A DNA stretch of 64,000 nt. It comes from Octopus sinensis. Its lineage: Eukaryota. The notes below the pieces were generated by a model. It did not search any database. It was not told the origin of the DNA and saw only the letters and a list, made by a program, of their open reading frames with translations. The stretch lies in the NCBI RefSeq assembly GCF_006345805.1, contig NC_043012.1:310001-374000 (forward strand), given 5' to 3'. Below, piece by piece: positions 39,078 through 51,900 of this stretch; the stretch's first letter is position 1; the number at the start of each line of letters is the position of its first letter. Made by a program: the position numbers and the translations under genes.

Positions 39078-39479
39078 GTGCAGTAGGTGAGAGCTAAATG
39101 AGTTTAGTATAGAAAATGTTTAGAAGTACTCAAATTAATCAGAACTTGAAATCCGACGTCTTAATCGAGGGCAAGGCCCATTACATCAAGTGTGGCTTTA
39201 AGAAAAATCCAGATCGAGCTAAAACGGAGGGAGTAACAGAGATGAATTCAGTTACGCTCTAAATATATATATATATGTATGTTTGTATGTATATATATAT
39301 TATATATATATATTATATATATATATATATGTACACGAGTAAGCACATAGATGCAAAACAAGGTGGAAAACATAGTACTCAAATACTGAAGGTTGTGTAA
39401 TATGCTTTTATCAAAGCTGCAAAAAATCACAAAAATACTATTACTCAGAGTTTCACGTTCCCGTTTGTCTGACAGTTCT

Positions 39480-40770
39480 AATCGAGAGTCTTGAACAAAA
39501 CTGTCCGACCAGCGGGAGCAACAGATTTTTCTGTGATGGTTTTGCATGTGTGTACACTTTCAAATAATTTCGAAATAATTGATTTTTATGCTTCATTCTC
39601 AAGACGCTACTTATAAAAGAACTAAATTCTTCAATGCTATTCCTTTGTAACAATCCTCACGTACAATTAATAAGGGAAGCCGAAAAATCGATTTTCATTT
39701 CAACGTATACACGAAAGTGAAGGCTTCAGAAAATATTTGGAATCTAATTGGTCGGTATATCTTACATCTAATTCGCATTTGAATAATGGGGACATTTATA
39801 GAGATGACGGCTTATCAAATAGAAACCGGTGAGAAACTCATGAGAGAACAAATATAATGACACTTCAGGGATTTTAAGTTTAAAATCATACTAATTAGTT
39901 ATCTCGAAATAGTCATGCAATATTTAATCTCAACGGCTAAAATTTTCAACTATACATTAAGCTAAAATGGTTTAATAATATATATCTATGTGCATGTATG
40001 TATACATATATAACTATGTTTATATGTATCTATGTACACAACTTGTGTTCTTAGAAGTATATCTACATATTTAGGTGTGATTTCCTTGAAAGTATCCTCT
40101 GGCAAATCATCATTTAATAGAGAAGTTAATATAGCATATTAGTATATAGTGGTTTAACTGAGAGCAGTAAATACCACAAATGTCCAGAGCCGAGTAAGAG
40201 GAAGTGTAAGAAAAAAATCGTGTGGTTTAACCCACCACATGCAGTCTTTATTAGGAATGATATCAGAAAAACATTTCTCTATCTCCAGAGCACTATATTT
40301 AAAAAATTTCCCATCCAAATTTTGCCCATACTACCAATCTCAAATTAGCTGATCAAAGAGAATATTAGCATCCAAATTGCAACTGCTTTTTATAAAATGT
40401 GCTCCCAGTCAATGGTAACTGTCCAACACAAATATATTCGCATTCGTTGGTATATATAACACTGTTCACAAGGAATAGATTGCACGTGATGACAACAAAT
40501 CTATTTAAGAATAATTAAATCGAAAATTAATTAAAGCGTCAGCATGAATATACATTTGGAACATTTAGCAACACATCTTGATTCTTGTTTTGAATAAAAT
40601 AAGCTTTTAAACTATGCCATATAGTGGCAATTACCTGATGCAGAATCCCAAGATTTTGTGCAGCTCAAAATCATTGCAAAATGTTTAGATTTTAAAACAA
40701 TAAAAAAAATATACAATGACTAAAGGATGAGAATAAATTTCTCGTTGCCATTATGTGAGAATGTATCTTC
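39480..40770 (+). pseudogene. Ancient Penelope/Poseidon-type PLE (RT + GIY-YIG), heavily decayed
   Basis: FEIIDFYA (39569), LIGRYIL, DIYRDDGL (39791-39814), KKKIVWFNPP (40223), PVNGNC and ISRCH occur in the expected order. Confidence 0.7.
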
Positions 40771-40829
40771 CTAAATAACTTAATACCCTGTCCCCCATCG
40801 GCCAAAAAACCGATAAAACACGACATTTT

Positions 40830-41243
40830 ATCTTTTAACTCTTACTTGTTTCAGTCATTAGACTGCGGCCATGCTGGGGCACCGCCGTTAATAATATTTA
40901 GTCTAATGAATCAACTCCAGTACTTATTTTTTCTTTTATGCCGGATACTTATTCTATCTACTCTTTTGCCGCCGGAACGCTAAACAACGGCGACGTAAAC
41001 ACACCAACACCGGTTAACAAGAGGTGATGGGCGACAAACCCAAGAAGAAAGACACACACATACACACACACACATATATATACGACCGGCTCCTTCCAGA
41101 TTCCACCTATCAAATCCACTCACGAGGCTTGGTCAGCCCGGGCTATAGCAGCAGACACTTGCCCAAGTTGCCACACAGTGGGACTGATCTCGGAACTATG
41201 CAATTGGAAAGAATACTTCTGACCACACAACCACGCCTGCGCC
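40830..41243 (-). mobile_element. SINE-B (older copy)
   Basis: Diverged but collinear. Confidence 0.75.
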
Positions 41244-41779
41244 TAAGTTTCTTAAAAAATCTTTTAACGCCTTGGAGTTTATAACAGTGTTACTCTGACC
41301 TCGCATTAAAAATAACTTATTTATATATTTATATAAAAATTGGGTGTAAGAAATACATAGAAAATAGGTTTATTTTTCTTCCTATAATGACTCATTTATA
41401 CAAAATAACTTCGAAATTTCATTAAAAAAAAAAAATAGAAGCAGAAAAGCCAAAGACATTGAACAGCTACATACACAAAACTTAACTAAGTTATTATCAT
41501 ATTCCACACTGTAACACAAACTTAGTCATTTACAACCAGTGTCTAAAACTTCGAAACATAGCTAGTAAATTTTCACAGGTCTCGTTTTTCATTTATGAAA
41601 GATTTATTGTGTTAGAATATCAGAATGGAAAAACAGAAATTACCCTACATTAACCCAACTGAACAGACGCTGACGAAACTTCAAATGGAAGTGTAGATAT
41701 GTAATATCCAGCTATTAGTAAAAACAAATAGAATCCGGAAGTTTAAGAAGGCGGTTTCTTTCACTTTAAATTATATGTA

Positions 41780-42249
41780 TTGGGCAATCCCATAAATAAT
41801 GCGGTTTTTTCAATTGCTTGAACTAAAAGTTGGAGGCGGACGGGATAAACGACCTGCATCAACTTGCTATAAAAGTAGGTAGTAATTTATACCTTGTTCT
41901 TAGTCTTAGTGCATGTTTTGAAGAGTGCAGTTCGATTTTAACAGTTGTTTTTTCAAAGCTAAAATGGAAGTGACAAAGGAGCATGTTCGGTGTAATTCGT
42001 TCTGAGTTCAATGAAGGAAGCAACGCAACGTAAAGTGCGTGGAATAGTAATGCAGTATATGAGGATCGGAGGACAAAAAGCATATACCAATGTCAACCAA
42101 CGGTGGTCCCAGAAATTCTTTGTCGGAAACTACAGCCTAGAAGACAAGCCTCACTTTGGAAGATCTGCAGAGCTCGAAGAGGACGTCCTGCAAACCCTGG
42201 TGGAACAAAATCCCATCGTAACTGCTGAAGAACTAGCAGAAAGCTTGGA
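41780..42249 (+). mobile_element. mariner 5' fragment
   Basis: TA|ttgggcaatcccataaataatgcggttttt TIR; [38 protein letters not shown]; truncated by (TA)n. Confidence 0.85.
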
Positions 42250-42317
42250 TATATGTATATATATATATATATATTATATATACATATATATGTATATATA
42301 TATATATCATATATATG

Positions 42318-42355
<38 letters not shown>

Positions 42356-42452
42356 CATATATATATATATGTATATTACACACACATGTATATGGTATAT
42401 ATATGTAAATATAGTGTATATTTGTAATATATATGTATATATATATATATAT

Positions 42453-42484
<32 letters not shown>

Positions 42485-42799
42485 TATATAGATAGATAGA
42501 TATAGATATAGATATACATACAAACATACACCCATACATATTCATGTGTACATATGTGAGTGCGTCTGCAGACGTTTTTCACCGGTCCTACCCCTTCCTA
42601 AGCAGTCAGGACACTGTTTACACGTCTGTGACGAGCCGTCTATTTATTTACTGGTCATTATATATGTCACTCTATCTCGAGAAGTCTATATTTCCCCGAT
42701 TTCTTGCATAACTGTACCACCGGCCCGCTCGCATATCCGACCGCCAGCCCGCTAGCCCGCCAGCGAGTCAGACCACCAATGTATATTGCGTGCTTGGTG

Positions 42800-42833
<34 letters not shown>

Positions 42834-42897
42834 TGTATATATTTTTATGTATGTATGTATGTATGTATGTATGTATGTATGTATGTATGTGTGTATA

Positions 42898-42934
<37 letters not shown>

Positions 42935-43147
42935 GTCTGTCTGTCTGTCTGTCTGTCTGTATGTATGTATGTATGTATGTATGTATGTATATATGTATGT
43001 ATGTGTGTATATATCAATATTTATGTATGTATGTATATATGTATGTATATATGTATGTATATATGTATGTATGTATCTATCTATCTGTCTGTCTGTATGT
43101 ATGCATGTGTGTATGTATGTATGTATGTATGTATGTATGTATATATG

Positions 43148-43181
<34 letters not shown>

Positions 43182-43307
43182 TGTATGTATGTATGTATGT
43201 ATGTGTACTGTCAGTTTGTTTTCTTGTCTGTCCTCTATGTCTGTGTTTGGTTGCATGCATGTGGTTTATATGTGCCTGTGTATGTACGTATATATGTATT
43301 GTGTCAA

Positions 43308-43348
<41 letters not shown>

Positions 43349-43350
43349 CT
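42800..43350. repeat. (TATG)n/(TCTA)n/(TG)n compound microsatellite
   Basis: Directly visible; produces the MYVC ORFs. Confidence 0.95.
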
Positions 43351-43690
43351 GGCGTACAGTCTATGTCTATATAAATCTGTCAGCTTGTGTACTCATGTAA
43401 CTACAACTGTTTGTATAAGATAGGTAAGACGTCTGGAAATGCTGGTTATTTTTTTGTCTATGTGTCTACACACACGCGCGCGCGCACGCAGATATAGAAA
43501 ATGTATAAATGTGTACATTTTTTGTCCAACCCGTGCTAGCGCGGAAAACGGACGTTAAACGATGATGATGATGTATAAATATACATACACACAATTATAT
43601 ATACACATACATACACACTCATTCATACATACACGGAAATAACAAAATTAATAATATCTTAGCAAATTAATTTTCGAGAATTATTTGCCC

Positions 43691-43729
<39 letters not shown>

Positions 43730-43988
43730 CCGAAATTGCGAAGATGATCCGGTTCTTGACTAAAGATTGAAGGCTTCGAATGTCCCGTCCGTGTTTTTTG
43801 TATCGTCTTCTAAATGTTTCACGTTCTTGTCCCAGTTTGTATTTTTTTACATTTACATATATATACCCCGCATTATCTTATGGTTAATACCATATAGATT
43901 TCTGGTGCATCTAAGTTAAGTACCGCATTCACGTGAATTCAACAGAACTCACTTGAATCTTAATTGCTTTTATTTTATATATATATAT

Positions 43989-44237
43989 ATATAGAAAATA
44001 GTAAAAAGTGAAAAAACTACAGAAGGCTTGTTTTAAAAGGTTAACGAATATATATTTAAGTCAATATGTCTGAAGAATATTATAAATTTTTTTCTTACAA
44101 TGACATAGTTTAGAAGAAAGACCGGTGTAAGAAAAAAATTTATAATATTCTTCAGACATATTGACTTAAATATATATTCTTTAACCTTTTAAAACAAGTC
44201 TTCTGTAGTTTTTTCACTTTTTACTATTTTCTATATA
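43989..44237. repeat. Fold-back of a PLE 3' terminus
   Basis: Arms 43989-44099 and 44126-44237; left arm plus spacer is homologous to 44942-45068. Confidence 0.9.
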
Positions 44238-44302
44238 TTCAACCACGAGCTTTCACAAACCAACTTTCTTATCTACCTATCTATCTATCTATTATCTATC
44301 TC

Positions 44303-44374
<72 letters not shown>

Positions 44375-44456
44375 ATATCTATATATATATATATTATATA
44401 TATATATATATATATAGGAGAGTATTGTAGTTCGCTTGAAGCATTGTGTATTGGTT

Positions 44457-44745
44457 GTAAAGAATAAAACGTTTTGAAGAATACAACAATGCACTTGAAT
44501 ACAAAAAAATGGACTATATTCCCGTTGTAATTTAGTTATCCATAGTCTGGTGATGTTTCGGAAAAAAATTCCTTCTTCAGATACTCTTAGATGGAGTCGC
44601 TGCTATAATATAAGAATATCCGAAGAAGGAATTTTATTCCGAAATATCATCGGACGTATGGATAACTAAATTACAACAGGTATATAGTCCATTGTTTGTA
44701 TTATAGTGCATTGCCATACCATTCAAAACTTTTTTATTCTTTATA
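44457..44745. repeat. Diverged fold-back with HHR-like cores in both arms
   Basis: C(T/C)GAAGA-A-GGAAT TTT ATTCC-GAAA at 44620-44644 (plus) and 44556-44580 (minus). Confidence 0.8.
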
Positions 44746-45055
44746 CATACATACATACATACATACATACCATACATACATACATACATACATACGGGCT
44801 TCTTTCAGTTCCCGTCTACCAAATCCACTCACAAGGCTTTGGTTAGCCCGAGGCTATAGAAGAAGGTTCTCAAGGTGCCACGCAGTGAGACTGAAAGCGG
44901 AACCATGTGGTTGGTATGCAATATATATATATATATATCTAAAATAAAAAAGAGTGAAAAAACTACAGAAGGTTTGTGTTATATGGTTAAGGTATATGTT
45001 TAAGTCGTTGTTAGAAAAATGTTATAAAATTTTATGTATAGTAACATAGTTTTTG

Positions 45056-45094
45056 GAGAAATAACCGGTTTCGTATTTTCTTTTCAAATTTCTC
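45056..45094 (-). ncRNA. Minimal type I HHR, U3-A8 variant, in PLE 3' UTR
   Basis: GAGAAAT-TTGAAAA-G AAAATA C-GAA-ACCGGT-T/ATTTCTC: perfect 7-bp stem I and palindromic stem III. Confidence 0.65.
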
Positions 45095-45298
45095 AAATTT
45101 CTTTACCTACATCGTGTCATGTCTTTGCTATGGAGTTCCAGGCAGGGGAAGGTAATCATGGATTTTTCCTGTATAAGGGAGATAATCAAACATGTTGGGT
45201 ATGACTAAATAAACATAATTTAGTTTAGAAGGAATAGAATGTGGTTAGGTTTTGCTTTATATTTTTTTCAATGAGGTGAGTTTCCTTATTTAAAAATG

Positions 45299-45835
45299 TT
45301 AGAAATGGTTAAGTTTTGGCTTATATTTTTTAATGAAGGATGTTTCCTGGTTTAATCTAACTTGTGTTGGTGTTCCGATAGCACATTGATAGAATGGAAA
45401 GATTATAAATTGTGGTAGTAGTTGCTTTGCGCATTTCTCAATATGTTCACTAAAGGCTATCATTCTGCATTCTGGGAATGCAATCTGTTGTCGATGCAGA
45501 GTGCATCTGCGTCTGAGTGATAATCCCGTGGACCCCATGTAGTTTTGGTGGCAGCCCGAGCATCTTATCATATAGATTAGATTTTCTGAAGCACAAGTAA
45601 AATTAGATTTGATCTTGAATTTTTGTACCTCTTTGAAGAGGAATTCTGATCCTTCTAGAAGGTTTGGGCATGTTGCGCAATTTGGTCTACCACATTTTTT
45701 TACTTTTGCATCCGTTATTTCAGAAAGCAATTTTGCCTTTGTGAGGATCTTTTTTAGTGATTTATGTTGTTTGTAGCTTTGAATGCTTTTATGTATGCTT
45801 AAAATTTCTTTTAATTTGGGCTCCTTATGTAGCAT
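45299..45835 (-). pseudogene. PLE GIY-YIG endonuclease domain
   Basis: KKCGRPNCATC Cys linker; NLIYMIRCSGCHQNYMGST...RRRCTLH; ends KYKPKLNHF*. Confidence 0.9.
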
Positions 45836-47505
45836 TGGTAAATTCTGGGTGGTGATGGTTTGTTTCTGGGATTCTATGTGGATATGTACGGCAGTTTTTT
45901 CGGGGAAGGTGTGTTGCTGTGTTGAGTTCTTGCAGTCTAAAGTTTCTGGTATTTTGTTCTGGCACTATTGTGCATATCCTTCTTGCAAGGTTGAAGGGGA
46001 TGTTTGTTTTAGTGTGTCTTGGGTGGCATGAATCAAAAAGTAGATATTGTTTGGCGTCTGTGGTTTTGTAAAATATGTCCGTTTCTAATTTTAGGTTTAT
46101 TTTTTTAATTAGTATATCCAAGAATGGAAGCTCCTTTTGGTTGTACTCCATTGTGAACTGTATGTTTGGGTTGATGCTGTTCAATAGGCTTTTGAATTTC
46201 AGGAGTTTATCTGTGTTTTCATTCCAGAGTATAAAACAATCGTCTAGGAATCTTTTCCAATTCTCTTTTATGTATTGGGAAAGGTGTTTTCCAAAGGTAG
46301 ATAAAGATTCCCGGTATATTACTACCCCCAGGTAGCCCATTGCTAGGTTCGCAATGACTGGTGCTGTCCTAGTACCAATGGCAATTCCGGATTTTTGACG
46401 GTAAAACGTATTGTCAAACATGAAGTGGTTATTTTCTTGGATGAATTCAACCGATTTAGTAATGAATTCTTTACTTATCCTTTTTGGTATTTCTTCCGGA
46501 AATTGGTCCAGCCAGAACTGGAGTGCCTCAAGTCCATAATTATGAGGTATTCTGGTATACAAATTAACTACATCAAATGAAACCATGATTGTTTCTTCCT
46601 TGACTTTTTTTGGAAGGTGATTTAACATATCCAAGTCATCTCTGTTATGGCTATCGATGTGTTTAAGGAAGGGTTTCAGGAGGATGTCCATAAATAGACA
46701 TGTGTGTTTCACAGGCTGGGCCAGCTAAAACGGGTCGTAGTTTTAGGCCCCCGGGTTTGGTGTATGGATGTACGTCTTTGGTGATTTCTTAATGGTTTCA
46801 TTTATAATCTGGCTTTTGTTTATTTTTCGTAGACCATAGAAGAGGCTAGGTTTGCATTTAAAGTTTGTTAGAAAGTCAATCTCTTTGGTTGTCAGTTCCT
46901 TTCCATGGGTTTTAATTAGTGAGGACAGAGTTTTCATTATTCTTTTGCGGGGTGTAGTTGGTGATTTTTTCATAATGCTGACTGTCACCAAGCATGAAGA
47001 TTACTAGATTTCTATAATATAACGTGTCCATTATTACAACTGCACTTCCTTTATCTGCTTCCTTAATCGTTATATCTTCATCATTTTGAAGTTCTATTAG
47101 TTCCTTCCATTGTGCAGTGCTAAAGTTTGAGTTAACTGTCTGTTTATGCATAGTGTGGAGGGAAAGTTCTCAATGTGGCTGCAGAATTCGTCAAGATTTT
47201 TAATTACTTCCTTTGTGGGGGATGTGTTCACTTTTGTTTTTGACTAGTAGGTCATCTTCAGTATTGTAATTGGTTAATGCTTCTGTGAGTCTTAATTTTC
47301 TACAGAATTCTATTATACTGTTCTTGACCTCACTTTGGTTGGTTCTGCGTGGAGTTGGCATGAATTTTAGCCCTTTTGAGAGGATGTCTATTTTTATGTT
47401 TGAAAGATTAATTATCTTCGGTTTTTCCTGATTACTTGGTTCCAACCTGTGTCCTGGTGTCTCTGGTCTGGGGCTAAAAAATGTTGGGTGCCATTTTGTT
47501 TGCAT
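45825..47505 (-). pseudogene. PLE reverse transcriptase (frameshifted)
   Basis: IKEADKGSAVVIMD, SFDVVNLYTRIP, QKSGIAIGTRTAPVIANL, RFLDDCF, LPFLDILI, YLLFDSCHP. Confidence 0.92.
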
Positions 47506-48802
47506 GAGTTGTCTGTGAGATTGTATGAGATTGGTCCGGGGGAATGGTGGTATTGTTGCCCCAGATTGTTATGTGTGTGTGGGTGTCTATGGGTGTTTTG
47601 GTGAGTGATGTGTGTAAAATTTCTGTATGTGATATATTTTTGTTTCGAATTTCTTGTATGTGGGATGTTTCTTAACTTAGTGTTATTTTGTGTTGGTCTT
47701 GTGCTCGGTGGGGACCAGTAATTCTGGGTCAGAGGTTAGTAGTGACTGGTATGTGGTGTGCTAGTGTTGTTTTGCGCTGTTATGGGGTTGTTATGCCTGG
47801 TATTGGTTGTTGGTGTGTTCTGTTCTTGGTGTATGGGTGATCTTTAGATTTGGTGTCTGTTAGCTTGCTCCCTGTTAAGTCTTGTTGGTTAAAAAATGGT
47901 GGTTGTAGGTGATTTCTATTTATGGTGTATGGAGGATAATGAGGAGGGATCTTGTTGATTAAGTGGTTGAAATTGGGGGTGGTTTGTGGGTTGTATATAG
48001 CAAATCCATAACGAACAATAAAATCAAATTAAAAAGCAACAAAAGTTTAAGGGACCGTCTTATTTAATATCATTAGAATGAAGAAGGCGGCGAGCTGGCA
48101 GAATCATTAACACGTCAAGAATAAAGCTTAGCATCATTTCATCCCTCTCGACAGTCTGAGGTAAAATTCACCCGAGGTCGACTTTGCCTTTCGTCCTTTC
48201 GGAATCGATAAAATAAGTACCTGTTGAATACTGTTTTTTTTTCCTCATAATAATATACAAGTGCTATTTTACTTGTTGAAGCCTTAACACATAATGCAGA
48301 CATATGAATGATTTTTTGCTTCAAAGAATCGAACCTCATACATAAGTAGTCTCTTTTGCCGAACTACTAAGTTGCAGGGATGTAAACATACCAACACCTG
48401 TTGTCAAGCATGGTTGTAGTGGGGGTGGGGGCAGACACACACACACACACAGATGTACAGACTCACACACAGATGTACACACACACACACACACATACAC
48501 ACATATATGTCAAGATATGTCGAACAATCAATAAGAATTTTTGTCTTCGCCATGTTTACTTTCCTTTTCTTCCTTTTGTTTATATCGTATGCTCTTGTTT
48601 TTCCCTCTGATAAGGATCTGTTGCCTTAATTCCTGTGAAGATGAAGAATTTTATTCTCGCATTTATATATAGACTGCATTCTGGTATTTTGATCAGAAAC
48701 AGCTGTTAGGTTTGTATTGTCTTGCATTGTAACAATAAATATGCTCTAAAATGTAGTCATATCGGTGCGCTGCTTAATCTATGGTTTTCTCCATTTTCTA
48801 AT

Positions 48803-48839
<37 letters not shown>

Positions 48840-48872
48840 ACGCGCGCACACTCACACACACACAAGCACACA

Positions 48873-48910
<38 letters not shown>

Positions 48911-49137
48911 ACGCACTCATACACACACACACACACACTCACACACACACATATATTCGACGGTGGTCTTTCAAATGCCGTCTATCAAAATCCACAGAGG
49001 TCTTGGTCGGATCCGTGCTACAGTAGAAGATAGCCATGTGGTTGGGAAGCAAACACACACACGCACACACTCGCACACAAACACGCGTACACGCACGCAC
49101 ACATATATGTATATATTTGTATATATATATATATATA

Positions 49138-49641
49138 CTAGCAGTATCGCCCGGCGTGGCTCGGGTTTGTAAGGGAAATAACTATATAAGCATTTTTAGA
49201 GAGTTACTTCCCTTATAAATTCGGACTTTCTTAGCCATTTTTGTTTTGGTGTCTTCAAGCCATGAAGTTGTTCTAAAAGAACGCTGGTTTCCTTCACAAC
49301 GCATTACGACGTTGATTTCTTTACACTCCCTTCCCCACAGCTTCACGAGGGAGGGAAGGGGGAGAAGCAAACAGCTGCAGCTGTGAGCGTGGACGCCAAC
49401 TCCGCCGCCATCGACATACGATGCATTTTATGCATTAAAATGGAATAAAAAAATGATGTTAAATTATTTTAAAAATCGTAGACTCATCGTAGACGCGCGT
49501 TAATAGTCAGACGGGCTCGATATGAATCACGACTATAAGATACCCGAATTTGGTTACACTGCACCGCAAAATGTGGGAGGAGTTAGGAATCTAAATCGAA
49601 GGGGACAGACACTCACACAACTAGAGTTTTATATATATAGA
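49138..49641 (-). mobile_element. Non-autonomous Helitron
   Basis: Minus strand starts A|TCTATATATATAAAA and ends with hairpin cccgagccacgccggg then CTAG|T; no TSD. Confidence 0.75.
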
Positions 49642-50197
49642 TATACATATAAATGTGCATATATATATATATATATATATATGCGCACACACACACACAC
49701 ACATATAATGGACTGTTCCGTTGAAGACGACGAGTGAACGTTCAGATTTTGCCGAACGACCTGCACAGATGATTTGCTTTTAGTGATCAAATGCCTGAGC
49801 TTTACAGGTGTCGAAGTGAATGTGCAGAGTAACGTGAGATGAAGTGTTTTCTTCAAGAACACGACGCAGAGCCCGGTCTAGGAATTGAAACCACGTACTA
49901 GCAATCGTGAATGCAACACTAGCTACTAGACTATACGTCCTCATGTGTGTGTGTGTATACATTTATATATATTAAATAACAAGGGTAGAAATTCATATTG
50001 TTATGGGACCTCCGAAAACTGTTACGGAATCCCTCACACAGGCCCGTTCGATGAGCGAATATTCGCCACGGAAACTCGGAGAGGAGAGAGAGATACAACA
50101 ACAACAGCAGCAGCAGCAGCACAGAGGCAACCGAGAGAGACACAAAGAGGCAAGGCAATTGGCTCACATTTAACAACTAGTTTATATGACTATTAAT

Positions 50198-50897
50198 TGT
50201 TACAACATCAAATACATATCAGATACATTTAAAAGAGGACATGCAAGTAACAACTCAATACATCATACAGGTATACCACAGATCAAAGCGTTTAAACTGT
50301 CCGGTAACAACACATCAAATTCAATAACAACAGCATTTCAAGAGTACACGTCCGGAGACAACAGTTCTGTTTCAAATCACATTAAAGGCATATACAATGT
50401 TCATAGACAAATAAGTTCAGAGTTCTTTTACATTTCGATACATCGATTCTTTTCACTGTCTCATTTCTTTAGCACTGTTCTTTTTAGCCCTTTTTTTATA
50501 ACCATCAAGAACATAAACAATGTTCATTACACAGTTCTCTTTTACATAAATACCACAACTCTTTCCTTCTTTTTCTTCACATATCAATACAACAATTCAC
50601 GTTACAATTCACAACACGTACCGTTATATTAGCCAATGTCTCATATTGTAGTTCCTCTCTATCAGCCGCCTATTCCTCTGTATATCTCTCTCTCCGTCAC
50701 AGCAGAACAAACCAGCTGCTAAACTCCAAACCGCCGACTGCTTGCCCTGAATTCCAAATACTGACTGTCTCTCAATCTCTCCGGCTGGAACTGATCTACA
50801 GACTCCCAGCTCCTTTTTATAAGGTAGTTTCTCTGACCCTTTCTTGACCGGCAAAAGGGTAGGGGTCCCTCCAAAAGCCATCACTCTTCCGTAAACA
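50198..50897 (-). mobile_element. Probable solo LTR
   Basis: TGTTTAC...TGTAACA termini and an internal TATA-like cttataaaaagg; no clear TSD found. Confidence 0.45.
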
Positions 50898-51054
50898 AAG
50901 GACTATAACTTTGTACTCTAGACTTTGAGTCGCCAAGCCAGCAAAGTAGGTCAAGAAGTACTGTACCAGCCGAACCACAACAATATTAATCAATTAAAAC
51001 CAGTGGCTTAGCACATTTAAAAAAAATCCGAAGATTAAAAATTGTGTTACATTG

Positions 51055-51229
51055 AAAATTAAGAGGAATGACCACTAAAGTGGACACCTAATATGCTAAA
51101 CATAGACGTCAAATCACCATTACCACGAAGAATGTGTTCTCAAGAAAAATCTCAGCAATGGTAATGGCGATTTGACATCTATGTTTAGCTTATTAGGTGT
51201 CCACTTTAGTGGTCATTCCTCTTAATTTT
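51055..51229. repeat. Fold-back (71-bp arms) abutting (TA)n
   Basis: Arms 51055-51125 and 51159-51229; 33-nt spacer; a few transitions between arms. Confidence 0.9.
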
Positions 51230-51309
51230 GTTATATATATATATATATATATATATCTATATATATATATATATATATCTATATATATATATATTAATAT
51301 ATATATTCC

Positions 51310-51900
51310 AGATGGTTTCTGAGAACCTTCAGAACAAGGGGCCAGCAAATCATGTTGGTTCTCTGGAGGACATTTGTACTCAGCCATCTGGATTACAGCT
51401 CTCAACTTTCGTCACTGCACAGGATTAAATTAGTTGCGGAAATTGAAACAATGCAGTGGTGCTACATCTGGAAGATTGCATCTGTGGAATTGAAAGAGCT
51501 ACGACGCTACTACCTCGAGCGAAAACGGGAGATGTACGCCGTGTTATACGTATGGAAGATCCTGGAGGGGTTGGCACCAAATTTTGGTATCAAGAACTAT
51601 GCTAACTCCAGAACTGGACGGCACTGCACTGTTCCAAAGGTCCCAGCTATGTAGAAAGAAGACCATATACTACAGTAGCCTGGGTACCAAGGGCCCACAG
51701 CTCTTAATTTCTTGTTAAAACATCTGAAGGATTTTCACGGAGCAGTGGCAAAACTTTTCAAGAAACAACTTGATCTACTGTCTAAGGTCCCAGAGGAACC
51801 TATATAATACAGCAAAAACTAAAAAGGGCAGCTGTGTCCAACTCCCTAATTCATCAAAAGCCAATCACATGAGAATGGATACTGAAGAGGTGAATACACT
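51310..51900 (+). pseudogene. CR1/L2-group LINE 3' fragment
   Basis: LWRTFVLSHLDYSSQL...LERKREMYAVLYVWKILEGLAPN. Confidence 0.8.

Larger units (their letters stand above)
44942..48000 (-). mobile_element. Penelope-like element (Neptune-like), 5'-truncated, ending at (TA)n
   Basis: Frameshifted ORF 45299-47505, low-complexity N-terminal region to about 48000, 3' UTR with an HHR. Confidence 0.9.

Noticed and set aside
43745-43795. CTAAAGA...CTTCGAATGTC HHR-like remnant between TA tracts
   Set aside because: Several core mismatches and no stem I pairing; too weak from a single copy.
47225-47262. CUGAAGA-UGAC/GUCA hairpin inside the PLE coding region
   Set aside because: It is followed by AAAAC rather than GAAAC, has G at the cleavage position and has no stem I; likely coincidental.
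50186-50632. 148-aa ORF with unusual composition
   Set aside because: It is antisense to a probable LTR, has low-complexity N/S/F composition and no recognisable motif.
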